Assembly (NCBI GenBank): GCA_002633005.1
Contig: NMRA01000575.1
Coordinates: forward strand, 91,325-155,324
Origin: Phoronis australis
Taxonomy: Eukaryota; Animalia; Phoronida
Direction: 5' to 3'
DNA length: 64,000 nucleotides
The translations under genes were made by a program, and so were the position numbers. Shown one piece after another: positions 36,401 through 51,400 of this stretch. Each line of letters starts with the position of its first letter. Within the stretch, counting starts at the first letter, position 1. The notes beneath the pieces were generated by a model, which saw only the letters and a list, made by a program, of their open reading frames with translations, was not told where the DNA came from and did no database searches.

Positions 36401-39400
36401 AAAGAAACTAGTTACCTAAAGAAATCAGCTATAGAGCTGCTCTTTCAGCGGTGGATTCATCTAAAATGCATGGCTACTTCAGAAGTGTCGTCGGAAGCGC
36501 GTGCACAATTGATCTCCGGGGTTTTGCCGATGAGTCACAAAGACTCGAAACGCGTTGATTTTTGATTGTCATAACAGCAATTCACAATGCCAAAAATATA
36601 TTTTCAGAGTGAACCCCCCCTCAATTTTTCCAAGTTGGTTTACTCAGGGTTTACACACGCTGGCGGTGCCGTTTTTTGTTTTGCTGGAGACGTTTTTGTT
36701 TTGCTGGAGATGTTTTTGTTTGTTTTTTTTTTTAATTTTTGGGTCCTGGCCCGAGGGGGGGTTTAAGCCCCCTGTACCCCCCGTAGATCCGCCACTGCAA
36801 CTTGTTGCTATGTAACTTCATTGTGAAACCTTTTGCCCTAATGTCTGGAACTCGTTTGGAAGTTGAAGACATTCGTATCAATGAACATAAGAATCAGAGT
36901 AGCTGCTTCTCTACATACAGTCAGTTTCGGTGGCTCCTGGTTTGAAGTACCTTCAACCGCTGGATACCGCTTAAGTGAAGCTGGTTCAGAAAATCACGAA
37001 CCACTAAATCCACTAAATACATAGGCGGATTTAGGGGGGCGAGGGCCCGGGCCTTCCCCCCCCCCCCTTTGTATGCCGCAAGCAAAATGAAACATCAATA
37101 GCGCCTGGCGTGACTTAACATTGAGTTCACTAACTATAGTAACTAGGACCGGTAGCGGAGAATAGGGGAGGACTCCTCCCCCAGATTGCGGTGGAACGGA
37201 ATCGCGTTCTTGTTTTATTTGTTTTCTCCACCGGTAGATTTTCCGAAGAGAATGTTCACATTCCCGGCTCCCGCAACTTTCGGGCCGCCTGTCCACTATA
37301 CAATTGCCCAATTCCCCGAGGCAACATTTCGGCCCCCCTTATGGTATCCTAGATCCGCCATTGATAATGAATAATTCAATTCTAGGAATGCAGTGCACCC
37401 CTGGATATTATCGAGTAGTGACGTAACATCGCCTCTGTGGGTACTCACTACTGCAACCCGTTCAATGAAGACATTATGTATTTTAATCACTCATGTAGTT
37501 CCTATTTGCAGATATGATAAGGCTTGGAACTGCAAGAAATTTGTGTCGGAGCGAAAGTTTGGTCAGTAACCGAATTTGGCTATTTCATAAATCTGAAGTC
37601 CTTTCATATGAATGTTATGTCTTTATTGTTGCTAGATTAATATATCGTTCATGTAATCCGTAAATGAAGCATGAATAATGAGTATTCTTTTAAACTTACC
37701 ATTATGCTACTAGTAGCGTTCTATAATAGTTTGCACCTGTCGTTCATTGATATTTTGTACAATATACCCGGATGTCTAATCAGTGGTTGCAATATATTTC
37801 AGAACCACTTTACCGTCTCAGTACGCTTTCTTCAATGGGATCTGGAACTGTCCGCGTGTACGGCGGAATTAACGTTGACCTGACTCATGACGTCATATCC
37901 GCCAGTGTGTATGACACTACAACATCTTCACCACCAACGGAAGTACTCTCCAGCGATGCTGTAGAATTTAAAGAGTATCGCATACACACTGGTGTCAATG
38001 TGTTCACGACTACTGGAAACAAAAAAAACTTGTATTCCAAAATCGTGAATATTAATTACGGTAACTACTCAGACTTAGCAAAACTGATCTTTCCAATGAT
38101 CACTTTCCGAGCTTTAGAATTATGCACCCGAGCTGTTAGATACTTCCATTTTTTACTTTTAGCCACCAACATAAAGGTCTATGTCGCTTTTCTGCTATCA
38201 TGCCTTTGGGAACACCGTCTTATTCGAGCAGATATTATTTAAACCTATTTGATGCGAGCTAATTGAATCTCATGCGATTCGATTTTTGGAAAGGGCAAGC
38301 CTGCACCTTTTCCATTTACAACACAAGGCAAAACCTTCTTGTACATCAATATGCTACTTTTTTAAGCTGTCGCCTCTTACTTACTGCATATCATTGTGTT
38401 TTTCGATCAAGAACAAACAGCTGCTACTGTGGTTGATGTCACTATACCAGTTGGTTGTTCCTCGAGGGAAATTGTTGAACAGATTACACAAATATTTTAT
38501 TTTTTTTGACAAATTTAGGGGAATCGACATCAATTTGACATGATTTATCGTTTACTTGAGTTAAACTTCTCTTTTATGTGTTTTGGCTGTTGCTACTACA
38601 AACGTACAAAACTGTGAGGTTTCACCGATCAAGCGTTACATGCGCGTGTATGCAATGGCTTCTGTGGCAAAATGGAAAATTTACATGGTTTTCTGGAAAG
38701 TCACTTGTAGATAAATTCATCATTAGAATCCTTTAAAAGCGATTAATTTTGTTGTAAGGTATGAGATTTAGGTTTTACGGTTTTATTTATCTTTCCTGGT
38801 TAACATATTCCTTAAGCTGGAGTATGTAATTGTTTCTGGGTTTTGAATACTTCTTGCTTCGGCTCTTACCTATTGTCTTCAATGTATAAGTTCATGTCGC
38901 GCGCTACTATGAAAAGCCAAATAAACAAAAATCGCAGCAAAGTCAACGTCTTTTCAAATTACATATAAACAGTCTGATACTTGGAAAAATCCCATTCGAT
39001 CAAGCAACTGGTGTTTTACGGTTTTTGGCAAACTGTGACGAGCCAAATATTTTTACCAACGTTACAGTCTCCAGTTGCTTTTATGCTCTCCAATCCCTGT
39101 GGTCAGCGAAGTCATTAATGAGTTCTTGGGGCTACTATTTCCAATTAGGTAAAATCACACTCTCTGGGGCTGATCAGTCGTCAACACTTAGACTTGTAAA
39201 TTCTTCATCGTTGAACTGGACTGCTGACGCTGGGAAGGCCATTGACGACAACAAGTCTACAGACTTTATAAACGGAAGGTCGTGCTCTCATACTTTGAAG
39301 AGAAACAACCTGCAAAATCCGTGGTTGAGGGTTGCGCTAAGTAGAATGCACACTGTTCACGGCATTGAGGTGACGAGCAGAAATGGTTCACGTGAGTCTC

Positions 39401-42400
39401 TGTGATTGTTATTCTGTTGTTTCGTTACACCCAAACTAGAAGCAACATCTATTACATGAACACTTGCTCATATACTGGGTGTACCAAAATTTTCTCAAAC
39501 GTGAGGCAGTACTCTTCAGTGGAACTTAAACTAGTCTATTAGCTCATTACTGGGAGTAGATATGAACTTCATTGTTGAATTGACTGCAGTCGCATAATAG
39601 AAAATCCCTTGATTACGCAGCGGTTCTTGAATTCCCCGTATTTACTCACGACACTGCGACATCCGCCAAGGGCCTTGTTTTCGCGCCATTGGAGTTTCAC
39701 ATGTTATTTGTTGGTGCATTGTTCGTCTAAATTAGTTGTATTCGACTTTTTAATAGTAGCCAACTTTGCTGCGGGATGCAACTCCGACTGCAGAATGTTG
39801 CATAAATTTGAAAAGTATCCGAGGATTCGATATTTTCCTTCTTGGTTCCTGGTATCAGCTCGATATTTTTGAAACGAGCCCAAAGTAACAACGCATTTTA
39901 ATATCGCCTAGACAAAAGAGACAGGATTGCCCTATTGGACTCTCATCTACTTATATGCTGCATGCAAGGATGGATGCTGTTAAGTACTTCTTTAACGAAT
40001 CCACTACATGTATTGTGGTTTGCCGATATTTTTCTAATTTCGATAAAGAACTCAAATGTCAATGTCTTTAAAACGTAAGCAAATGCATTGCATGAGGGGT
40101 AGACTGGGAGGAATCATGGGCGTCGTCAATGTAGGTACTAATTGCACGAATTCCAAGATATTACATTTTCAAGTACTCATTTGGGAGAATGTTAAATAGC
40201 AAATACATATTCCCTATCAAGTAAATTATGACTTGTGGTGTTTGCTCAGTAATTCCGTTCACCACGGTTTGAATGATAACTGCGCTTAATGTCGCCGTGT
40301 ATCCAATCTTTAGGTGATTGCAAGAACACACAACAAGGAAAAGACTACATGGGAACGGTCAGCAAATCTAACGGTGGTAGCATATGCAAAAAGTGGAACG
40401 ACTCAAGGTGGCCTCATCTAAATGTGCTAGAAAATTATTGTCGGAATCCCGATGGCGAGCCAGGAGGACCGTGGTGTTTCCTCCGATCTGGCCATTGGGG
40501 ATATTGTGATGTGAGCCTGTGTTCAGGTATGGAATTGATTTGCTGCTGGTTAGTAGGGTGTCATCACGGGCTCAACTTTGTCACGTTTCTCATTTCCCTT
40601 GATCTCAGTTTAGAACTCTAGCCATGGTACGCCATCGCCTGCACGTTATCTATTTACATGTATTCTATTAGAGCTTGCGACACCGAGGTCAGCCGCGAGA
40701 GTTGGCTATGTGAATTTTAGGCAACCTGCTTGACTGAGTTTTGATCGAGTGTTGTCGTTATCAAATCAAGCCTAATTTCATTAATTTATTTTCCTTTTGT
40801 CATTTTTGTCCAACAAGTGTAGCTCTTGGGGTAAGGAACTACACAACCAGAGCTTTTTCGGCAAAATTCGCTAGCAAAACCTGAAAATTACACTTGGTCA
40901 TTTGTTTTTATACGCACCGACCTGTGGCCCAGGTTGGATGACCAAAATGGTCTGGCATCTGATATCTTTTCAGCTCGACAAACTACAAGCCACGAGTTCT
41001 ACAACAAGAAATATTGGGAGTTAAAATCTTGTTACAGTTAGATAAGAAGTGACATTTGGCTTCTGAGTGTTTGTAAAAAAGACCGAAAAGCGAATGCCAG
41101 CAAATTTCATGCATGAGCACAACGTCAGCAACGCAAGACGGAATTTGGCATTCCATGGATAGAGCGCTATGATTCAAGCGGCAACATGACGGCTGCGTTA
41201 TGTTTTATACTCCTGTATTGGACAGACTATATTTATGTAATCTTCCACTAAAAACAGCAACACAATTAAGAGCAATGCTGGAAGGAGCACCTTTTAATGG
41301 ACAACTTATTATAAGTTATACTATTTTGCTAAAAACCTTGTGCATTTGAAATCCTTTTGCCAGACAATGTAATTTTCATCCTAGTTAAAGATGTATTTGC
41401 ATGCTTATAACTTATGCTAATGTATAGTGGGACATCAATGACAATGATATTTGAACACCATCAACGCTAATCAAAGTGCAAATATATTCACGGACAACTT
41501 GTCAATGTTAAAACAAATAATTCTGAAAATAAGTGACCTTTGCACTAAAGACGTACCTTGGAGGCTCACATAGCCTGCATCATGCAGTGTTATTTCACAA
41601 TACCACGTCACGGCACTTACTGGATACGGTTGACTTATTTACAGCGCAGCATTTTTGACACACTATTCATTCTTTAAGAGAGTTTGCAATTTTCAACCTA
41701 CTTCATATTTACATAGTCGCTATATGTTGTATTTCTAACTATTTTGACCGAGCAATCAGATAGATGAGGAATTAGCGTGCAAGTTCCACTTCAAAGGAAG
41801 GTGGCATGAAATAACCTGTCTGACATAGTAACGTCTTGCTGCTCAAAGGTGACAATTTCAAAGACTTTACAACAGAATAAATGGATTTATTTTTTAATCA
41901 TCCATTTCCGGATATTCAAAAAACCAAACAGTAGGAACACATGGACACGCATCAGTAAATATCGTCCATATACAGTGAGTTGGCTTACATGCACCCACGA
42001 ACCACTATCCACCCAACTAGATTAACAGGCATAGGTAATTTATTTTCGAAAAATATATTACAAAGTCACTTAAAATATGAGATGGCATCACCAGAAACAA
42101 AAACGCAATTGTATAAACCTAGGTCTCACAGAGTCCCTGAGAGATTTCCAAGTCCGGGTCTCCAATTCAAGTGACACACCACCAGCGACCTCTACTGACG
42201 TTCTGTGTAAGCATTACACGGGCACCATCAGTGACTCCACCACTGCATACATAGACTGTGATCGTCCAGTCACTGGGAGATACCTGTACATCATCAAGAA
42301 CGGCAACAGCAAATCAGAAACTCTGTCTTTGTGTGAAGTGGAGGTGTGGGGGAAACCAGCTAATGCAGGTACTGAAGTGGATAGAGTTTTTTTAATATAC

Positions 42401-45400
42401 AGAGTTCAATCGAGCTCTGCCACAATTTACCAAATTAAACATCTTCACATGACTGCGTAGTCGAACCTTCATCGCAATAATATGCTGTTTGTTTGGTCAA
42501 AGATTCATCGCAGTTTAATTTGTACCAATATTTTTTTCATTTTGTAGCCTCAAGCACGCTTACTACAAGAGTAAGCGTGGGTGATGGAGTGACGCTAACA
42601 TTCGAGGGGATAGAGTCATCCGGTATCAAATGGCAGAAAGACGGCGCTGCGTTTTATAAAAGCGGCGACATAGATGGATGGAATGACAAGCTGACTAACA
42701 CAATTGACCCCGTAGAAGTGGGACATGGCGGAGTGTACACTATACACAGATCAACTGGAAACGTTCTAGGCATCATCCGCCTGGTCGTCAGAGGTTAGTA
42801 GGCCTAAGAGATATTCTTTTCGGCCTGGTTTTGTTAAATATTAAATGTGTGCCTGGCTTACGCGGACACGATGTAACAATGTCTGCTTTATTTTGTCGAT
42901 GGCTGGGTTGCAAAAAGCGCTATTCATAATTCGCAAATCGTCATTTCATTCCAAGCCCTGTAATTTCTTCTCACCTGAATCAGGTTAAAGTTGATAGCAA
43001 TAGGCTTCCGTGTTTTGAACTGAAAATTAGTTTCTTTACCGGAACAAGGGTTCGCACACGTAGGTGCTGAAAGCATGTTATAACCGGGCATAACTTGGCA
43101 ACTGAAAGAAACTAAACTGGGCAAGTACGCGTTCTGAGTGAGCTATAGGTCATTGGCGTTAGACACTACGGGTATATCGCAGGCGTTTTCAGGATAGTCC
43201 ACGTGGCAGAACTTGCTGATGGTATCCTGGTACTATAATATGCACATCTACCCATCATACAGTGGTTAAGCTTGTGTATTTATTACACAAAACATACGGA
43301 GTCGTCTGTGCAATGCATTTTTCCAATACACGGAGTGTACGGAGTGCATCATTGAAAGGCGCACAGCTCATGAGCGCTCCCAGGGGCGAGTTGTTGGGGC
43401 TAGGGCCCTTGCATTTGGCGAAGTTAAAACAAAAACAAGGCAAAAGTCCACTAAATGCGCAGGAACAGCCAAAATTTGGCGAACGAACAAAAGTCATGGC
43501 TCTGAACGTACCCCGTGAAGAATCTTAGTGAAATGTGCATATTCTAAAAAAATCGAGCCTCCCATTCTTAAGGTTGGGTGCTCGCATGCAGGTGTTGACA
43601 GATTACGTCAGGTCTGGCACTTTTTGGCAAATAACAACGATTACGTAATTTTTTGATATTACATGTGCATATGCAAATCACAAAGTAGGGCAAACTAGAA
43701 ATCTAAACGCCTTACACTTTATCGCCTGCAAAACACTAAAACAACCAAACCCGCGCCAACCAAACGGAAGGACATGCAAACAACTTCTTCGGCGGCGAAT
43801 AACATATCCATGTCCATTCCAACGGAGACGAACCCAAACTCAAGAAACACGGTGAGACTATCTGTGCTGTCTCAAGGACAAACCTGTACTCACGCGCTGT
43901 TAACTAAAACGTATTTCAACGTTTTGTGGAGTAGGCCTATATTTCAAACGAGTATACAACAAAAAGGGAATAAAAATGTGAAACTAAGTACATTCATGTT
44001 AACGTACCATCTTTCTAAAGTTGGGCCATTGGTAGCCGCTCCGTGACAAAGATAGCGCGCTCACAATGCGCTATTTCAGATCACGTTCTCTCGCCACTTT
44101 CTGTTTTAATGACTTCAGCCAGACCGGACTCGCGTGTAGGGCACATTTGATTATGGAAAATTCACTCAGCGACGTAGTAAAATTGTAGAATATGCGAAAA
44201 GTGCAAATTAAAATACTTCTATTGCCATAGGTCGTGGGTCATGGGTCGAGGGAGTTGTAGGTCGAAGGGGCTCGTGGGGTGTAGGGGGAGAGGAGGCTTT
44301 AGAACAATTCTTCCGTGTAAAAGTTATAACGATATGCATATTACGAAAAATCTTCCTGAAAACTTGTTTTTGTGGAAAACATATACGGGACACATTCCTG
44401 TAATCGAAAACTAGCATTTAAAAACCATTTCAATACAAAACATTAAGCAGTTATAAAAAGTCAGAAGAATAACTGGGATACGACAAGTACGTTTGGAAAC
44501 TCTGACTGTGGTTGCGGGACCTAGTGATAGATTTGTGTCGTTGCAGTATGCCCAAGTGGTAAATACGGCGTTGATTGCTCTGAGAAATGTCCACACTGTG
44601 AGAATGGAGGTATTTGTCACGACATCACAGGGGAGTGCATCTGTCCACCTGGGTTTATGGGGCACAGTTGTTCTACAGGTGAGAACTTAATTTAGCTGTT
44701 GTTTGAGTTTATCCTACCAAAACATCGGTCGATCCATTTAAGTACTTAGTTAAAGAACGACTCATGCCAGATGATGTTGTATTGTAGTAGCAAGGTATTG
44801 TTTAACTTGCGTGATCCATGCGACGGGCGCATGGGACACTAACATTGTTTTCTTTTGTTGCTTCTTTGTTGGATATACAGTAACCATACAGGTCGTATGG
44901 ATGTCGTATCTTGGGCGCACATATGCCAGGTACCGATAAATACTTGTCAATATATTTATTATAAGAAAGAAAAACAGTGATAAATGGATACGCCAATTTA
45001 TCGACGTTCATCCAACGAGCTTGCGACCTATTTCTTGTGGAGAAGCAGGATTTTCTAGATATTATTCCCTTAAATCAAACTTTTTGCTACTCTGTGAAGT
45101 AATTCCAAACTGATTTTAATCATTTTAACATGGAGGCAGTTATTTATCACGAGAGATTTGCTCATAGTTTCTGAACTTGCCATTTACATAGATACTGCTA
45201 AGACAGACCTAAGCATTTTAAAATGAAATACTCAACATTTCCCACAACGAATCTCATACAAAATTGTCACGTTCACGACTGGTATTTCATGGCGCACTTT
45301 TAGGAGGAAAATGGCTCACTTTGAAATGAAATAAACTGTTGCATCACCGACATATTCCATATACATGTACTATTAGTAAAGCTTAGTGGGCAATTTAATG

Positions 45401-48400
45401 GCTATGAATGTAAAAAATGAGCTACGTGTACTAGCTCAATCACTGTCAACCATAGATACAGTTGTACTCAGATTTGACAGGACCAAGTCACCAATGAATA
45501 CAGGCCAAGTCGATTGAACGACGCCATTGCCTGGAACTTCTTTTTAGTTAGTTCACAGACTTTGTTGTTTCAAAGCTAAACTCTAAAACCATCACGTTGA
45601 ATGTTTAACAGCACCAAAGTTGACAAAAGCAAGGACCAAGCGACAATTGACTTTGCAATACTGAACTGTACATTATTTGCATACTTGAACTGTAGTTATT
45701 GGTGGCCAGGTGAATATCAAAATTACTAAAGCATTTACAAATGGATAAGGACATATAGTTACGCAACAAGCGTGCCACTTGTCATGAAACATCTGGCCCT
45801 AATTGTTACCAATACGTTTAGATGGCGATTTTCGCCGAGTACTTCAATCGACATCAGTTAGTGTTATTATCAATTGCAAGCAGAAGCTGTTGTCAACAAT
45901 ATTCTCCCAAATGTCGAGAAATGTTCGTTATGATAGCACGTGCTTGCACAAGTCCCAATATATCCATGCCCTCGTCTTTTGTTGGCTTACCATCTGAAAA
46001 TTGTCTGCCCAAAGGTTGTGGAGGTAATCGTTTTGGGAGTGATTGCCTATCCAATTGCTCCGAAGTGGACAGTGAGGACGGATGTCAAGGGAAATATGTG
46101 TGCACGATAGATCCATACGGGTGTTCCTGTGTTACTGGATTTAAAGGAATGAATTGCAGTGAAGGTATTCTTTTTCAAATACCATTACGATATATTTCTG
46201 TGCAAGCCAACATACATGTATGTGACTGTTACTAAATTTGATAGTTATGGAATGACTGGGTATTTTACATTCGCCTCTTTATGGTCACGATAATAACAAG
46301 TGTTTTTAATTGCTGGTTATTTATGCCTAGTTACCACATACAGGTGCCACTTCCGTTATTTCAGTCGGACGGTACCGGTTACATAGAGACACTTAAATCT
46401 CGAGATGTTTAGCACAATTCTAGCCTCGTTTTCGTTCAGTGGAAATTTCTCGCTTTGTTGTTGGTATTGAGTGCATTAACTGTTTTCCTCCTTCCAATAC
46501 CAGTGAAGTTTTGCTGTTGTGCTGCGGTCTGCAAAAAGTTGCATGGATCAACCTGAAAAGTATCCATGGATTCATTCATAAAACATGCTGAAAGTGGAAT
46601 GGATGAAATAATATCCCACCAGACATTAATCCGCGTATCGACCGAGACCACAGGTGGAGAATGATACGCAGAATAATGTCGTATGCCAATTGACGTAATT
46701 TTAATTTATCCCATACACTTAAGTTTCTTTTTTCTGACGTCATTTATATACTTCCTCCAGACTGTTCACGTGGCGGATCACAACATTTAGCGTATGTACG
46801 TGCGCGTAGTGTCACAGTTTTACAGTAGTAAAAACAGTTTTAAATGAAACGAACCATTCCATGAGAATATCAAAAGATATCAAAAAATCACTGTAGGCGT
46901 CATCATCTAGTTTCAGATTCAACTTTGTGTATGTGATCATGGTGTGGCTCTGATACAAAAATCATCAATTTTGCACTTATTTGCCCCTTAGGTTTTACCC
47001 ATAGACCCTCAAATGTTTGCGAAGAAAATGACACATAACCATCTACTAGGGAGATGGCATTATCCTCCCGTTTGCGGATGTATTTGAGGAATTTTGTTCC
47101 ACCCAGTGGCCATTTTTACTGTTTTCGAGTCTGCCCCTCTATCAAACAAACCATCCATAGAATGATTGTGAAAATTGTCATATTTGTTCTTAGTGTGTAG
47201 AGAACGGTTGACGATAACCTTCCTACGACTTTGACTACTTTGGCGCCTCCTATTGGCACATTTGTTTTTTGTAGCGCTCATGGCTGTTTCTACTAAACCC
47301 ATTGCGGGATCTTTATTACATTTAGCAAGCGTATTTATATGAAGTTGACAGCGGACGACGACGACTTTAAGACAGATCCAACAAACACTGTGCCCTCTAG
47401 TGGCAATTTCATTTTTTCCGTTTTTTCCCTGTTACTCCGAAGTTCCTTGATGGATTTTATGAAATTTGGTGAACAGCTCACTGTTACAGAGACGGCGTTG
47501 TTTTTGGATGGTTTGACATATTTTACGCCATTTAAGGGCCATTTTTATTGATTCCTGGCCTGTTTTTGGCGTCCGCCCCTCTGCCAATCGAATCACATCA
47601 TTTTGAAAATATTAGCATATATGTTCTTAGTGGGAAGAGTACGGTTAATCATAATTTTCCAACGACATAGACTACTCTGGCAGTTTTGTCTTTTTGCGCC
47701 CATAGCTGTATCTCCTAAACCCACTGCAGGATCTTGATTAATTTTAGTAAGTGTATTTATATGAAGTTAGCAACGGTCGACGATGACTTTCCAATGAATC
47801 TGTGCCCCCTGGTGGCGATTTCATTTTTTTGTTTTCCTCTTTTACTTCTAAGTTCCTTAATGTATTTTTACTGGAATTGGTTAAAAGCTTTCTATTAAAG
47901 AAACAATGACATGTTCCCGTTTTGGGATGGATTCGACGTATTTTGCGGTTTTTTGAAGTGTTGTGTGGAAATGCATCATACACTAAACCTAACATACCTT
48001 CAAAAAACTGGTTTGGAGTCCGCCGCATGAACGGAATTTACGTATTGTAAAACTGGTAAGTCACAACAACACCCAATTGTTTAAATACTGGTTTGGAAAG
48101 CTGGTAATTTGGATATTACTGAAAGGGTTATGTTTTCAATCGTAAATATCCGTACCTGTCATTTTTCTGAAATTGCACAAATTCCATTGGCGCACTGCCA
48201 CCATGCTCGGCCGCCTTTGTGTAGTAAAAGAAGCATTGCGTGACACTTTGTATGTCCAATAACACGATACTTCTGCTCGTATCCACCGTCCTCTTTTCAC
48301 TTGTGATATCGAAGATTTTTGATAAATTTCATTGTGCTAATAGTTTGAGAGGACATTGACAGGGACTTGTGCAGGAGGTCTGAAACTGGACCAGCATGCA

Positions 48401-51400
48401 CTGCAGGCAGTGTGTGGGATTCTTAGTCCATTACGGTGTTCAAAAACTGACCAAGCAAGAAGGAATGGGCACCCCTAATAAAAATAAAACCTGCTTCTCT
48501 GAAGTATGAGATGGTAATGGGGGTTGTATTATTAACTCATCAGTACATTAAAAGTGACTTTTTGAGTTCTGTAATCTTGTAATAGATTTATCATTTTTGC
48601 ACCAGCAAAACTGAAATCCGCGAAGAAAAAATCTCTCATACAGCTTCCCATGATCTCCTTCGTCACTGATGAAGCAAAACGAACGATATTTTGTTCTATT
48701 TGGCATCTTGGTCGATACATAATTGCAAAATCGAGTAGCGCCTCCTAGAGTCTTTTAATCACACTGACAGTCACAGATTGGCAGAAAAGTGTTTGAGTTA
48801 TGTAAAAAAACTGACTGCACGAAAACTATGAGAGACAAGATTTTTTATTCTTGCGTTGGGCTGAACAAAGACAGCAGTAACAGACGGAAGTTAACTCATG
48901 TTCCAAATAATTCTGATATACATGTAGATTTGGGAGAGCGATAAAAATGTGTAAAAATGGCCATAATAATAGGCAGTGAAAATGACATTTTTGTAGGCTA
49001 AAATGGGAGGACTTAAAAAATCAATAAATCCATCCGATCTAGTTTTTCTTGTATGTTATTTTTTTCTTTTTTCTACTATATAGTTATTTTTTCAATAGCG
49101 TGAAGCGATGATGTGTTGTTGAGGACAAAAGTCGCCTACTTCCCAGTACTATTACATGTATTTGCTATTTTTCAGAAAAAGCACAAAGTGGTCGTAAAAA
49201 GGGTTAAAAAACTCAGAAACTATTAAAAAATCAGGCTCAGGTTTCTTTTGACAAGGCCAGCTGATGTGCTAAGTTTCAAAAAAATTGGTGATTTTGCATA
49301 TATAGCCAACTGTCTGGTTCTTATATGGAATTGCTCTTAATCAAGAAGGTGGAACTTATTAAATTGAGTGGTTAAGTGATCACAATTCACTTTGGACAAC
49401 ACGGCGACTTCTCTGAACAGAAAGGCATGTTCAACGGGCCACATTGTCTTCGGTAAAGATTTACATGTAGCTATAATACATATACAAAGTCTGATACTAA
49501 TAAGAAGTTTTGTACAGTTTCCCGGTGCTGTTATGAAACTTTTATTTCTTTCAACCTGAAGTGCCCCTTCAATTCACCTTGCGTTCTGCTAAATTCTGTG
49601 GAAATTGTTCTGAAATCGTTTTTTGTTTGAAAGTCAACTTCTGTTAAAGGCCTGATTATGTGTCAAAACAGAATACATATTATTCTAATTTCTATGCACA
49701 AAATGCGTTTTTAATTCACGTTTCGTAACTAATTATTTTCCACTTCAAGGTATACCAAAGCGACCTTGAGTTGACATTGACCCACCTAGGAAGCGGTCGC
49801 TAAAATAAATTGACGTTTCCTGTTGTTTAGTCTTCAACACCAAAACACATGTTTATGTTAGTAAGAATGTATGTGTGTATGTATGTACCTATGTATGTAT
49901 GTATGTATGTATGTATGTGTGTATGTATGCATGTATATATGTATGTATGCATGTATGTATGTAAGTATGTATATCTATCACTAAATGAGTGTGTATGTGT
50001 TTTTGCACATTTGTGTATGCGCGTGTGCATGCGTGTGTGTGTGTGTCTGTGTGTGAGTTAGAGAGAATTCTTGTGTGTTAAATATATACATCCATGCATG
50101 CATTTTTGGAAGGCGGTATGCAATCCACAGATATCCACGGCGAAGGAGTACACAATCGAAGCTGATGGGAGTGATTCGGACTGTGATACAAAACCGGATG
50201 ACTTGTCTTTGACGTTTTAGATTGGCGGAGCAAAAGCAGGCTTGCGTATCACAAGGGGTATAGGCTGGTTAATTATCACATACTACATAGATTTTATTGC
50301 TTTCGTTGAAAAGTTATTGAGATATAACGTGTTCACCAAAGTGTGTTATTGTCAATCTCCTTTTTTATTTTAGAATGTCAAGATGGTTATTACGGAGCAG
50401 ATTGTCAGCAAAAATGCGGACATTGTAACAACAGCGCCATATGTAATCCGTATACTGGTCACTGTCGGGATGCGTGTTCTCCTGGGTACATGACTTTCCC
50501 GTATTGTCAGACAGGTTTGTAAACAGTTGGTGACTACCTCATCACCGCAATGAATCGTTCTTGATTGTGTAGTATACTAAAAATGCTCAATTGTGGCTTA
50601 CGTTGGAAAATACTTTCTCAGAAATGTATTTGTGTTAAACTTTCAGCACATTTCGGTTATTGCGTCGTACCAAAAACTGTTAAGGGTTGCTTTTACAATG
50701 TGTCTTTTTGCATAAGGGCTAAAGTGTATCAAAACAGAACCTATATAAATATTTTTGCGAAATAACTCAAACGTTGCATGAATTTTAAACGAAATGATAA
50801 ATTGGAACTCTTTAACAGTGCTTTTCCTATTTCAACTAAACGAAATTAAAATTTGTATTTAAAACTGTTATTTTTTACGAATGTAGATTTCATTTTATTC
50901 CATACGCGTTGAATCTGTAGAGGGAAATACGGACACGTAATAATGCTTTCCGTGTTCGCCTCCCGCTCTAATTCAACAGTGACCTCTGACATGGAAAGTT
51001 CAAAAAGTAGGTCAATGTTGACTCGACGTCGTTAGCCGGTTCGATCACCTAACTTTCGGAAAATAATTTAAAGTGACACAACTATAGCAGTGTAGTTAAC
51101 GCTCAACATACAATCAGGTCTCAATCGTAACAGTTGGAACAGGACTGTTAATTATATGACAGTTGTGTCTCAGTTTTCATTTGCTAAATAGTTTATCGTC
51201 TGCAACTCTGGCGCCGATTCCGAGGTAACCATAATATCAAATATTGTTGTTATTTAACTATTTTCAGGAGATGTTACAAGTTCAATGAAAAGTTACCCTT
51301 GTTTTCATCTTCGTTATCTCTTTTCAAGTAATAGATCGTCACAATTAAAACTGTTTTTTTTACTAGGGAAAACTTGTAGCCTAACGCGCAAGTAATTACA

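Noticed and set aside
49827-50061. His/Thr/Tyr- and Cys/Met/Val-rich ORFs
   Set aside because: Translations of a (TATG)n/(TG)n microsatellite.
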